Below are positions 19,618 to 28,680 of a DNA stretch of 64,000 bases, one piece after another (the stretch's first letter is position 1; every line of letters begins with the position of its first letter). Source of the DNA: Clostridia bacterium (GTDB lineage: Bacteria; Bacillota; Clostridia; UMGS1840); assembly GCA_017936745.1 (NCBI GenBank), contig JAGBEY010000001.1:5111-69110 (forward strand). Reading direction: 5' to 3'. The notes beneath the pieces are model-generated. The model did no database searches and had not been told where the DNA came from. It was given only the letters and a program-made list of their open reading frames with translations. The position numbers were made by a program, and so were the translations under genes.

Positions 19618-19720
19618 CGATGATACCGTTTTATCGGGCAGATATCTATGGTATCAAAGAAAAACAGAGAAAAATTGTAATATAGCAGAGTTTACAATAA
19701 AACGAAATCAGGTGGATGGT

Positions 19721-20542
19721 ATGTATCAGAATTTAGAAGCTCTTCAGCAAGAACAAAAGCATATTTTAGATGAAATTGTTGCCATTTGCGAGCAACATAA
19801 TTTGCGGTATTTTCTTGTTGCCGGAACCCTTTTGGGGGCTGTCCGCCATCAGGATATTATTCCCTGGGATGATGACATTGATATCGGGATGCCGCGTGCT
19901 GACTATAACAAATTTTTGGAAATTGCAGGGGAATTGCTTCCGGAGCATCTGTTTTTGCAAACCTATGAAACTGACCCCGCATATATGCAGAATTTTGCCA
20001 AGGTGAGAAATTCTGAAACGACTCATATTGAGCAGCCGGTGAAGCATCTTCAGATGAATCATGGCATTTATGTGGATATTTTCCCTTATGATGGAGTTCC
20101 GGATGCTAATTGGAGACAGTATTTGCACAATAAACGGATTGTGCTTCAATGTGTTCTGATTCGTTATTTTTGGGATACTCCCTATGTGCAGGGCAGCAGT
20201 TGGAGAAAGCTGTTCAAAGGGATATTGTCCATTTTTACCAATCAGCAAAGATTGCAAAGAAAGTTAGATAACATTCTTTCTAAATATGATTATGACAAGT
20301 CTCAGACGGTGGGAAGCTTGCTTTCAGGATATAAAATGAAAACCTATGTATCCAAAGAGGTTTACGATGAGGTTGAGCCTCTCCCGTTTGGTGAAAAAGC
20401 TTATCTTTGCCCCAAAAATTATGAAGCTGTTCTGGTAAAAATCTATCGGAATTATATGCAGCTTCCTCCGGAAGAAAAGCGTGGTGTCCGTCACAATATT
20501 GCGGTATCCGACCTTGAAAAAAGCTATCGGGAATACTTTTAA
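19721..20542 (+). CDS. LicD-family phosphotransferase (polyol-phosphate/phosphocholine transferase), copy 1
   Basis: It has the LicD signature LGAVRHQDIIPWDDDIDIGMPRADY and the C-terminal YMQLPPEEKR. The ATG at 19721 follows an AGGTGGA SD. Confidence 0.8.
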   Translation: MYQNLEALQQEQKHILDEIVAICEQHNLRYFLVAGTLLGAVRHQDIIPWDDDIDIGMPRADYNKFLEIAGELLPEHLFLQTYETDPAYMQNFAKVRNSETTHIEQPVKHLQMNHGIYVDIFPYDGVPDANWRQYLHNKRIVLQCVLIRYFWDTPYVQGSSWRKLFKGILSIFTNQQRLQRKLDNILSKYDYDKSQTVGSLLSGYKMKTYVSKEVYDEVEPLPFGEKAYLCPKNYEAVLVKIYRNYMQLPPEEKRGVRHNIAVSDLEKSYREYF

Positions 20543-20562
20543 AAAAAGGAGGAAAGCCGGAC

Positions 20563-22266
20563 GTGTTAAAGCAACTAAAAGCAAAGTGGAGCCGTTTGGC
20601 TTCTCTTGTATGGGAACGAAAACGAACCCGTATTCTTTATCATAATCGCTATGGGGTAAAGCTAAAGGCACTCCCCACTGCGATTGTCAATCCTCCTGCT
20701 GTGGCTGGGATTTACCCAAATGGGAGCGATTGTCAGCTATGTTGGATTGATTTAGACAAGCACTCTGAGATTTTAGGAAAATATTACAATGAAAACAGTC
20801 GGTTGTTGCCGTTTTTAAAAACACTGGGGAATGTAGTTCCCGTGTTCTATACGCAAACCTATGCCAAGGCAGTGGAGCTTTTATTCCGCTTAAAAACCGA
20901 GGAATTGACCGATTGTTTTGTGGCAACTCCCGACTTGGAGATTTTGGAGGCTTGTTACAAAGAGTATCCCCAAGTGGGCAGAGTATGGTGTGTTCCCTCG
21001 AATATTGAATATTCCGAATTGGTTAAAACTGCCCATTCTTATCGGGTCAACATTGTTTGTACCCGTGAGATGTGGGGAAAAGATATTGTCTTCTATTGCA
21101 AACAGCGTTTGATTACTGTCTGGCAGTTTGCAAAAGGAGACCGGGTCTCTTTGTATGAAGCAATGGCAAGCGGCTGCCGTGCTGTCATTACCGAACAGCC
21201 GGAAGTTTTTGTGAAGCTGTTGATTGAATTTTCGCAGAAACCAACAGTAATCGGGCAACCTGTTATCATTGGACACAGAGGGATTTCCTCTAATCTTACA
21301 TATATGGAGAACACGCTCACCACCGCCATAGAAAGTGTGAAGCTGGGGGCTAATGTGATTGATGTGGACACCCGTCTCACCAAAGACGGCAAACTGATTG
21401 CCTTTCACGGCTGGTTGATTGACCGCATTTTAGAAGGAACGGGAGAGGTCCGTTCTTACACCCTTGCAGAGCTTCAGAATATGAAATTCCGCTACGGCTT
21501 AAACCCGGAGGAAAAAGTGCTTCCGCTGGAGGAGTTTTTTCATCAGATGCTAAAGACTTTTCCGGAGAAAAACCTGATGTTTACCTGCGAAATCGGTGGT
21601 GACATTGTAGAATCTGTCGGGAAGCTGAAAGAGATTTTGGATCGCAATCCCATAATGCAGGATAAGCTGATGGTAAAGTGTAAAAACGGGAAATACGGCT
21701 ACGAGGAGCTGAAACGGCAGCTTCCTTATCTGCCCGTGAGAAATTACTTAAACGATGTGGTTTCTCCGAGAGACTGTGCCCAATCCACGGTGATGCATAT
21801 CACGGAGGAGCTAAAAAAACGAACCATTCCCTGGTGTGCAAAATATCGGAAGTTTCATCCCGGGTTACGGCAGCAGCTTCAGCTTCGCAGTCATATTCTC
21901 ATTAAGCTGATGCAGAACACAAAAGAAAAAATTGAAAGCGATTTGTTTTCAGGCATTGAGCTTCTTTGCACGGATGTGAATTTAGTCAAGAGCTTTTTCT
22001 ATGCTCTGGATGCCGAAAAAGAAGTGCAGTTAGCAGTTGGGGAACACTATTCTCCTCTGGTAAATGCCATCGGCTGCGGTGAAGAAAAAAAGTCAACCCC
22101 AGACGGTGTCATCTTTTTGGAAAATTGTGATGTCTGTGCTTTGAAAGAGGGAGGCATCGTGGCAAACAAGGCAGGGGAATGCATCTTACTTTTGAAAAAA
22201 ACACTGACATATCATACAACAACCTATCAGGTGCTTTCAGAACCAATTAAAATCATTGTAAAATAA
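20563..22266 (+). CDS. glycerophosphodiester phosphodiesterase (GDPD)-family protein, apparently two GDPD-like TIM-barrel segments
   Basis: The central segment VIIGHRGISSN..ENTLTTAIESVKLGANVIDVDTRLTKDGKLIAFHG matches the GDPD active-site pattern. The N-terminal roughly 230 aa ends in the GDPD-C-terminus-like ITVWQF....MASGCRAVITEQP. There is no signal peptide. Confidence 0.65.
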   Translation: MLKQLKAKWSRLASLVWERKRTRILYHNRYGVKLKALPTAIVNPPAVAGIYPNGSDCQLCWIDLDKHSEILGKYYNENSRLLPFLKTLGNVVPVFYTQTYAKAVELLFRLKTEELTDCFVATPDLEILEACYKEYPQVGRVWCVPSNIEYSELVKTAHSYRVNIVCTREMWGKDIVFYCKQRLITVWQFAKGDRVSLYEAMASGCRAVITEQPEVFVKLLIEFSQKPTVIGQPVIIGHRGISSNLTYMENTLTTAIESVKLGANVIDVDTRLTKDGKLIAFHGWLIDRILEGTGEVRSYTLAELQNMKFRYGLNPEEKVLPLEEFFHQMLKTFPEKNLMFTCEIGGDIVESVGKLKEILDRNPIMQDKLMVKCKNGKYGYEELKRQLPYLPVRNYLNDVVSPRDCAQSTVMHITEELKKRTIPWCAKYRKFHPGLRQQLQLRSHILIKLMQNTKEKIESDLFSGIELLCTDVNLVKSFFYALDAEKEVQLAVGEHYSPLVNAIGCGEEKKSTPDGVIFLENCDVCALKEGGIVANKAGECILLLKKTLTYHTTTYQVLSEPIKIIVK

Positions 22267-22276
22267 GGTGAATATT

Positions 22277-22714
22277 ATGGAAAAAAAGTATAAAATCGGC
22301 TATACCACAGGGGTGTTTGATTTATTTCATATCGGACATCTGAACATTCTGAAGAAGTCGAAAGAGCAGTGTGATTACCTCATTGTCGGGGTGTCGACAG
22401 ACGAATTGGTGAAAGAATATAAAAAGAAAACGCCCATGATTCCGTTTTCGGAACGGGTAGCAATTGTGGAAGCCATTAAATATGTGGACAAGGTCGTTCC
22501 GCAGACTTCCATGGATAAGTTTCAGGCTTGGGAGGAACTGCATTTTGATGTAATGTTTCACGGGAACGATTGGAAAAATTCCAGCCTTTATAACGAAATA
22601 GAAGAAAAATTCCGTCAGGTTGGGGTGGCGATGGAGTATTTTGAGTATACCCAAAATACTTCCTCCACCAAATTACAGGCGGCAATTGCCAAATTGAATG
22701 AGCAGGAAGATTAG
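22277..22714 (+). CDS. tagD: glycerol-3-phosphate cytidylyltransferase (TagD/TarD-like), copy 1
   Basis: It has GYTTGVFDLFHIGHLNIL (the HxGH motif) and the small size of about 145 aa. The ATG at 22277 follows an AAGGTG SD. Confidence 0.85.
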   Translation: MEKKYKIGYTTGVFDLFHIGHLNILKKSKEQCDYLIVGVSTDELVKEYKKKTPMIPFSERVAIVEAIKYVDKVVPQTSMDKFQAWEELHFDVMFHGNDWKNSSLYNEIEEKFRQVGVAMEYFEYTQNTSSTKLQAAIAKLNEQED

Positions 22715-22736
22715 TGAATAGTTTGGAGGTGCTCTT

Positions 22737-24263
22737 TTGAGCAATTCTTTGGAGGCACAAAGTGCCAAGCAAATCAAACTGGGGGCATTGATATCCTATT
22801 TGACTCTGGCGTTTGATTTTGTAACCGGGTTGGTTTATACTCCCTGGATGGTTCAGCAAATCGGGGATGCCAATTACGGACTTTATACCTTGTCTATCAC
22901 CTTAATCAGTATGTTTATGCTGGATTTCGGAATGAGTGCCGCCGTGTCACGGTTTACATCCAATTACCGCACGGCAGGTGACCAGCAGGGCATCAACAAT
23001 TTTTTAGGGTTGATTTATAAAATTTATACTTTGATTTCTGCTGTGATATCGGTTATTCTGATTGTGGTGTACTTTAACATCGGGCAGATTTATGTGAAGC
23101 TAACCCCCTCGGAGTTGTCCTCTTTAAAGGTTGTGTTTGTGGTATCAGGGCTGTCTACCGTTTTGTGCTTCCCCTTTGTTACCTTAAATGGAATTTTGGT
23201 GGCACACGAGCGGTTTATGGCACTCCGACTGGCAGATTTGTTCAATAAGGTTGCCTCCGTGCTTCTCATTGTGGTGGCACTCTGTTTCGGAATGGGGCTG
23301 TTTGCTCTGGTTGCAGTGCATGCAGCGATGAATCTGGTTACGGTAGGAATCAAGTTTATCATTGTGAAACGAAAAACCGCTGTAAAGGTGAATTTTTCCT
23401 ATTTCAGCAAACCACTTTTAAAAGAAATCACCGGTTTTTCTGTATGGACCACGGTAAAAAGTATTGCACAGCGGTTTATTTTTACTGCTATGCCCACGGT
23501 CTTGGGGATTGTAAGCGGCTCTGCAAGTATTGCTATGTTCAGCTTTGCCAGTACCTTGGAAGGGTATGTTTATAAATTTTCGGAGGCAATCAACGGCATG
23601 TTTATGCCGAAAATCTCCCGTGCAACCTTAGGGAAAGAGACGGGGGAAGCGGTGCTTCCTTTGATGATTAAGGTCGGCAGAATTGTGCTGACGGTTATCG
23701 GGATTATTACCATTGGCTTTGTTACCTTAGGGCAGCGATTTATCAGCCTTTGGCTGGGAGAAAGCTATTCTGTGGTGTATTATTGCACTGTGCTTCTTAT
23801 TTTCCCGGGGATTTTCTATGTGCCTCAGCAAATTGCAAATACAGTGGTTGTGGTGTTGAACCGGGTGAAAAGCCAGGGGATTGTGTTTGTAATTACTGCA
23901 GTGGTTAATGTTATTTTATCCTTTGTGTTCGGCTACTTCTGGGGAGCAATCGGTTGCTCTTTGTCCATTTGTATTGCCTATCTGATAAGAACGGCACTGA
24001 TGAACCGTGTGTTTAAAAAAGAGCTGAATATCAATGTGCTTGCATTTTTCCGCGACTGTCACGGGAAGATGTTGCCGGGGCTTCTGCTCACGCTCCTGTG
24101 CGGATGTTTGATTTCCCGTTATGTGGTGGTGTTGAGCGGTTGGTTGACGTTGTTGGTGCAGGTGGTTTGCCTGACGATTTGCTATGTCGTAATTATGTGG
24201 CTGATTGTTTGGAATAAAAGCGAAAAAAGTTTGATTCGATCCTTTTTGAAAGGCATCAAGTAA
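22737..24263 (+). CDS. Wzx-type oligosaccharide flippase (MOP/polysaccharide biosynthesis protein family)
   Basis: TTG start follows a GGAGGTG SD. The 508-aa product has about 12-14 TM segments, which is a typical flippase topology. Confidence 0.75.
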   Translation: MSNSLEAQSAKQIKLGALISYLTLAFDFVTGLVYTPWMVQQIGDANYGLYTLSITLISMFMLDFGMSAAVSRFTSNYRTAGDQQGINNFLGLIYKIYTLISAVISVILIVVYFNIGQIYVKLTPSELSSLKVVFVVSGLSTVLCFPFVTLNGILVAHERFMALRLADLFNKVASVLLIVVALCFGMGLFALVAVHAAMNLVTVGIKFIIVKRKTAVKVNFSYFSKPLLKEITGFSVWTTVKSIAQRFIFTAMPTVLGIVSGSASIAMFSFASTLEGYVYKFSEAINGMFMPKISRATLGKETGEAVLPLMIKVGRIVLTVIGIITIGFVTLGQRFISLWLGESYSVVYYCTVLLIFPGIFYVPQQIANTVVVVLNRVKSQGIVFVITAVVNVILSFVFGYFWGAIGCSLSICIAYLIRTALMNRVFKKELNINVLAFFRDCHGKMLPGLLLTLLCGCLISRYVVVLSGWLTLLVQVVCLTICYVVIMWLIVWNKSEKSLIRSFLKGIK

Positions 24264-24285
24264 ATTATAAAAGCGAGGGATAATT

Positions 24286-25080
24286 ATGAGTGAGTATAAA
24301 ATCGGGGAGTACGATATTACGGAAATACAAGCTGTTATGCTGGAAATTCTGACAGAAATTGACAGAATTTGTGTGAAACATAATATCAAGTATATCTTAG
24401 ACGGAGGGACTATGATAGGTGCAGTCCGTCACAATGGCTTTATTCCCTGGGATGATGATTTAGATATTGCTATGCTCCGTGAAGATTATGAAAAGTTGAT
24501 GGAGGTATGCAAAAGTGAGTTATCTGATCGTTTTTTGTGGCATTCAGCGGAGCTGGAAGCGAAACATCCTTTGAACTTTACAAAGCTTAGAAAGAAAGGA
24601 ACGGTTTATAAGGAGCGTCGTTTTGCCAGCCTGGGGTTAGAGCAGGGAATTTTTATTGATATCTTCCCCATTGATAATGTTAACCGAAAAACCATGAAGT
24701 TTCAATTGGCATTGTTATCCTTTATTCATATTGTTAAGTTTACAAAAATGAAGTTATACAAAAAGAAGAAACGGATTTTCCTGTTGCCGTTTTGCTTGAT
24801 TCCCAAAAAAACTTTGGATCGCTGGGCAAAAAAACTGATGGTTATGGGGAATAAGAAAAAGAGCGACGAGGTTTATAAATTTTGTCATCCCGGAAAAATG
24901 AAACCGGTGTATCCGCGTTCGCTGTATGAAGATGTGATTCGGCATCCGTTTTGCGGAAAGGAATTTTATATTCCGAGAGATTATGATTTGTTTTTAAAAG
25001 AGCGTTACGGTGATTATATGCAGCTGCCTCCCGAGGAAAAGAGAATTATGGCACACGGGGTGGTAGAATGCAGATTATAG
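24286..25080 (+). CDS. LicD-family phosphotransferase, copy 2
   Basis: It has the motifs IGAVRHNGFIPWDDDLDIAMLREDY and YMQLPPEEKR. Confidence 0.8.
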   Translation: MSEYKIGEYDITEIQAVMLEILTEIDRICVKHNIKYILDGGTMIGAVRHNGFIPWDDDLDIAMLREDYEKLMEVCKSELSDRFLWHSAELEAKHPLNFTKLRKKGTVYKERRFASLGLEQGIFIDIFPIDNVNRKTMKFQLALLSFIHIVKFTKMKLYKKKKRIFLLPFCLIPKKTLDRWAKKLMVMGNKKKSDEVYKFCHPGKMKPVYPRSLYEDVIRHPFCGKEFYIPRDYDLFLKERYGDYMQLPPEEKRIMAHGVVECRL

Positions 25081-25095
25081 AAGGGAGCGAATAAT

Positions 25096-25527
25096 ATGTC
25101 TGAGAAAAAGGTTGTTGGGTATACAACCGGAGTGTTTGATTTGTTTCATATCGGACATCTGAATATTTTGAAAGCAGCCAAGCAGCATTGCGATTATTTA
25201 ATTGTGGGTGTGAGTACCGATGAATTGGTGCAGACATATAAAAATAAAACACCGGTTATCCCGTATCAGGAACGCAGAGCCATTGTGGAGGCAATTCGGT
25301 ATGTCGATCAGGTCGTTCCGCAGACCAACCGCGATAAGATGAAGGCGTGGGAAGAATACCGCTTTGATAAAATGTTCGTAGGGGATGACTGGAAGTCGGA
25401 TGCTATGTTTCAACAATTAGAAAAGGAATTTCGTGCTTTGAATGTTGAGATTTGTTATTTCCCCTATACAAAGGGAGTGTCTTCCACCATTCTGACAGAA
25501 GTGTTAAATAAAATTCGCAATCAGTAA
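25096..25527 (+). CDS. tagD: glycerol-3-phosphate cytidylyltransferase (TagD/TarD-like), copy 2
   Basis: It has GYTTGVFDLFHIGHLNIL and is collinear with copy 1. Confidence 0.85.
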   Translation: MSEKKVVGYTTGVFDLFHIGHLNILKAAKQHCDYLIVGVSTDELVQTYKNKTPVIPYQERRAIVEAIRYVDQVVPQTNRDKMKAWEEYRFDKMFVGDDWKSDAMFQQLEKEFRALNVEICYFPYTKGVSSTILTEVLNKIRNQ

Positions 25528-25561
25528 TCTTACAAAATATAAACTGAAGTTGGAGAACCAA

Positions 25562-26782
25562 ATGTTACCAAAAGCATATCTGGACACGATATCGTTGTTT
25601 GCCTGCGGAATGATGGGTGTTTTGCCCGAGGTAGAAAGACCGTATTCCGGGAACGAAATTTTAAATATTGAAACAACCGCCCGCCAGCAAGGTGTGTGGC
25701 CGGTTGTGTTTGCTGTGGTAAAAAAGCTTTCGGACAGCGCTCTGGCAGAGGTTTCTCCTCAGCTTCTCACAAAATGGCAGATGGAGCTGAACCTAAAAGT
25801 GATGGAATACACCCTCCGTCAGGAAGCCATGTATACCTTTTTGGAAACAGAGCTTGCATTTTCTCATCCCGTGATGCTAAAGGGCGATTTGATGTCTGAT
25901 TTATATGCAAATCCTGAGCTTCGTTTTTCGGGAGATACCGACCTTTTAATTGATCCCAAGGATGAAAAAGAGGTGCTGGAGGCATTCAGAAAAGCCGGCG
26001 GCGATTATGTGCCTCGCGGAGAAAATAACAATCAGGCAGTTTGTGTGCATCCCAAAGCAGGAAAGTTTGAAATTCATATTGCCCTGGATACCAAAGAGGT
26101 TTCTGAGGTGTGGTATGACAATTTGGATTTTTTGGGGGAAGAAAAGCAGAAAATCACTTTGAAAAACGGACATACTGTGACCGCTCTCGGCATTACCGAC
26201 GGTGCAATCAATATGGTGCTACACTTTCTTAAGCATTTTATCAGTGGCATTGCACACTTAAAAATGCTGGGAGATTCTTTGTTGTATTTATCTCATTATT
26301 GGGACAAAATTGATATTCCCCGTCTGGAGTCTGTAATGGAGCAGCTGGGCTATACGGGAATTTATAACACGATAAAAGAAATTGGAGCAGTGTATTTCCG
26401 GTTACCGAATTTTGAAGCAAATGAGGCATTGGCAGAAACGGCGGAAAAACTGCTTTCTGATTTAGCGTATTGTGCCGAAAACGGCTTTTTGGAGGAAAAG
26501 CTTACCACCTACAATGAGTATTCTAAATTCAAATATGAAATTTATCATAAAAAAAACTATAAAGAGTATAAAAAAGAGCTGTCCAAACGGGCAAGAACAG
26601 AACGGTTGTTCCCCAAAAAAACCGGATTATACGGAGAATATCCCATCCTTATCAAATATGGCTGGCTTTTGCCCTTTATCTGGATTGTGCGGATATTCCG
26701 CAAAATATTCGGAAAAAAAGCGGTTCTTCCGGCAGAGGGGAATCCTCGGCTGGAGCTGATGAAGGAGTTGGGGCTTCTGTGA
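25562..26782 (+). CDS. nucleotidyltransferase-family protein (NTP_transf_5-like), function unknown
   Basis: The segment SGDTDLLIDPKDEKEV resembles the uncharacterised nucleotidyltransferase family often found in glycan or peptide-modification loci. The ATG at 25562 follows a GGAGA SD. Confidence 0.5.
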   Translation: MLPKAYLDTISLFACGMMGVLPEVERPYSGNEILNIETTARQQGVWPVVFAVVKKLSDSALAEVSPQLLTKWQMELNLKVMEYTLRQEAMYTFLETELAFSHPVMLKGDLMSDLYANPELRFSGDTDLLIDPKDEKEVLEAFRKAGGDYVPRGENNNQAVCVHPKAGKFEIHIALDTKEVSEVWYDNLDFLGEEKQKITLKNGHTVTALGITDGAINMVLHFLKHFISGIAHLKMLGDSLLYLSHYWDKIDIPRLESVMEQLGYTGIYNTIKEIGAVYFRLPNFEANEALAETAEKLLSDLAYCAENGFLEEKLTTYNEYSKFKYEIYHKKNYKEYKKELSKRARTERLFPKKTGLYGEYPILIKYGWLLPFIWIVRIFRKIFGKKAVLPAEGNPRLELMKELGLL

Positions 26783-27258
26783 CGAAACGTTTGCTTCTTT
26801 TTGTGCTGATTTTATTGAATTTAGCAATCATTTTTTTCTTTTCCCATCAGGATTCCGTATCTTCCGGGCAGTTAAGCTCTGCTCTGACCAGTCAGATTAA
26901 GGTGCACACACCGCACTATACCGAAAAAACACAGGCACAGCAAAAGGTGGTGCACACTCAAATTCAGTACACGGTAAGGGGGTTGGCGCACGGCTTTCTG
27001 TTTTTCACGTTAGGGATTTTGATGACATTGTTTGGAAACACCTTTTCCCACCGATGGTATCAGTATCTTACCGGTAACATTTTATTAGGCTTTTTCATTG
27101 CTTTATCAGATGAAATTCATCAGATTTTTGTACCGGGCAGAACCTTTGGCTGGGATGATATTTTATATGATTCCCTCGGGTATCTATTGGGAATTGCCGC
27201 TGCTGTTGTGATGATATGTCTTTCTGATATACACAAAAAAAGAACAGAAACCAGATAA
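26779..27258 (+). CDS. VanZ-family membrane protein
   Basis: It has four TM segments and the motif SDEIHQIFVPGRTFGWDDILYDSLGYLLG typical of VanZ-like proteins. Its GTG start overlaps the upstream stop. Confidence 0.7.
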   Translation: MTKRLLLFVLILLNLAIIFFFSHQDSVSSGQLSSALTSQIKVHTPHYTEKTQAQQKVVHTQIQYTVRGLAHGFLFFTLGILMTLFGNTFSHRWYQYLTGNILLGFFIALSDEIHQIFVPGRTFGWDDILYDSLGYLLGIAAAVVMICLSDIHKKRTETR

Positions 27259-27280
27259 ATCGGATTTCTGTTCTTTTTCT
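27241..27280. terminator. bidirectional intrinsic terminator between convergent genes
   Basis: AGAACAGAAA-N14-TTTCTGTTCT is followed by a T-run on the plus strand and preceded by an A-run. Confidence 0.65.
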
Positions 27281-27282
27281 TT

Positions 27283-28536
27283 TTATTCGATGATTTCTTC
27301 TAAGACTGTGCCGGTAAAATAGTGAGTCAAAATCTGTTCAAAATTGTAACCCTGTTCTGCCATTCCTTTTGCACCGTACTGGCTCATACCAACCCCGTGT
27401 CCGTAGCCTGTCCCCTGGAAAATATATTCGGTGGGAGTGCCTGCTTCATAAGGAATTTCGCCGGTTGCTGTGAGAATGGGCTGTGTAAGCTGCCGTTCCT
27501 CCAGCCCTCTTGCGGTAATGACGGTGACGGGTTTTGCTTCCCCGCCTTTTTTGGTAATGGTAAAGAGGTTACTGCGGAGATTAAATAGGCTTCTGGATTT
27601 TTCCAGCTTTGCGTGATAATTGCCCTCCGTTCCGATGATGTTCAAGTCGATAATTCTGCCTGAGGGAGAACGCTCTACCACATCTAAATCGGTGACATCT
27701 CCAACAGATACGCTGATGCCGGAAAGCTTTTCTTCTATTTCGTCCGGTGTATAGGGAACTGTCCATTCCCGTGAGGTATCGTAAGGATCTTCCACGCCCA
27801 CAAGATAGGGTAAATCACCGCCCCATACATATTTGGAGCTTTCGGTATGCCCGCCTGAGGAGGAGTAGAAGAAGGTGGTTGCCGGCTTGCCGTTGTAGGT
27901 GAGGTAGATGTTTTGGGTTTCCAAAATGGCACGGTTGGTTTCCGGCTTTTCTCCTTTGACTCCCAGGTAAACCTGGGACTGGGTGGTATCATCTAAATTG
28001 AAGCCGTATGATTGGAACTTATTCCAGTTGGTAATGGCATAGTTTCTGGCACACACCGCCTGCGCTTTCAATGCTTCGGTAGGCCAGGAGCTTGGCATTT
28101 CTCCCGGGACAACTCCTTTTAAATAGTCTTCGATATCCAGATGGTTGATTACGGTTATCCCGTTGTCATTATAAAGAAAACGGGCAGAACCACGGTATTC
28201 TGTGCCGTCAATCAGCACGGTGCCAAAATCGGCAGGAGTTAAGTCTAAGGGGAGGTCGCTTTTTTCGTAAGTATACAGGACAGTTTCATCGGTGGGAGTT
28301 GTCAGCACAACTGTGCCATCCTCTGCCCATGTCAGCTTGATGGTTCCATCGGGAAGCTCACCAAGAGTTTCTTCTCCTACCGAAAGCAAAAATCCGCTTT
28401 GGTTTTGCACGGTTACCTCTTTGGGAGACTTTCCGCCAAATTTTAAGCCAATGCTGATATTTTTTGCAGATGCCTGCGTAGCAAACAGACAACAGAAAAG
28501 CAATAAAATGCTGATAAGCTTCCTATATTTTTTCAT
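27283..28536 (-). CDS. SpoIID/LytB-domain protein (amidase enhancer-like) with N-terminal extension
   Basis: It has the SpoIID-domain motifs LKAQAVCARNY, YSSSGGHTE and GYGHGVGMSQYGA. I placed the start at the ATG at 28536 (MKKYRKL...), after an AAGGAG SD. Confidence 0.8.
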   Translation of the reverse strand: MKKYRKLISILLLFCCLFATQASAKNISIGLKFGGKSPKEVTVQNQSGFLLSVGEETLGELPDGTIKLTWAEDGTVVLTTPTDETVLYTYEKSDLPLDLTPADFGTVLIDGTEYRGSARFLYNDNGITVINHLDIEDYLKGVVPGEMPSSWPTEALKAQAVCARNYAITNWNKFQSYGFNLDDTTQSQVYLGVKGEKPETNRAILETQNIYLTYNGKPATTFFYSSSGGHTESSKYVWGGDLPYLVGVEDPYDTSREWTVPYTPDEIEEKLSGISVSVGDVTDLDVVERSPSGRIIDLNIIGTEGNYHAKLEKSRSLFNLRSNLFTITKKGGEAKPVTVITARGLEERQLTQPILTATGEIPYEAGTPTEYIFQGTGYGHGVGMSQYGAKGMAEQGYNFEQILTHYFTGTVLEEIIE

Positions 28537-28586
28537 AAAAATCTCCTTTTTATAGCAAATGAGAACATATCCTTTCATTTTATATC

Positions 28587-28615
28587 ATTATAACAAGGAA
28601 AAAGATAAAATGCAA
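28587..28615 (-). promoter_or_regulatory. sigmaA-type promoter for the SpoIID/LytB-domain gene
   Basis: On the minus strand, TTGCAT (28610-28615) is followed by a 17-nt spacer and TATAAT (28587-28592). Confidence 0.45.
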
Positions 28616-28644
28616 GAAAAGTAGAGATTTGTAAGAAAAATGAC

Positions 28645-28680
28645 AAAAAAGAGCTGTAAATTTTTACAGCTCTTTTTTTT
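28645..28680 (-). terminator. intrinsic terminator after M23 gene
   Basis: AGAGCTGTAAA-TTT-TTACAGCTCT is a perfect stem flanked by A- and T-runs. On the minus strand it immediately follows the stop at 28679-28681. Confidence 0.7.
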
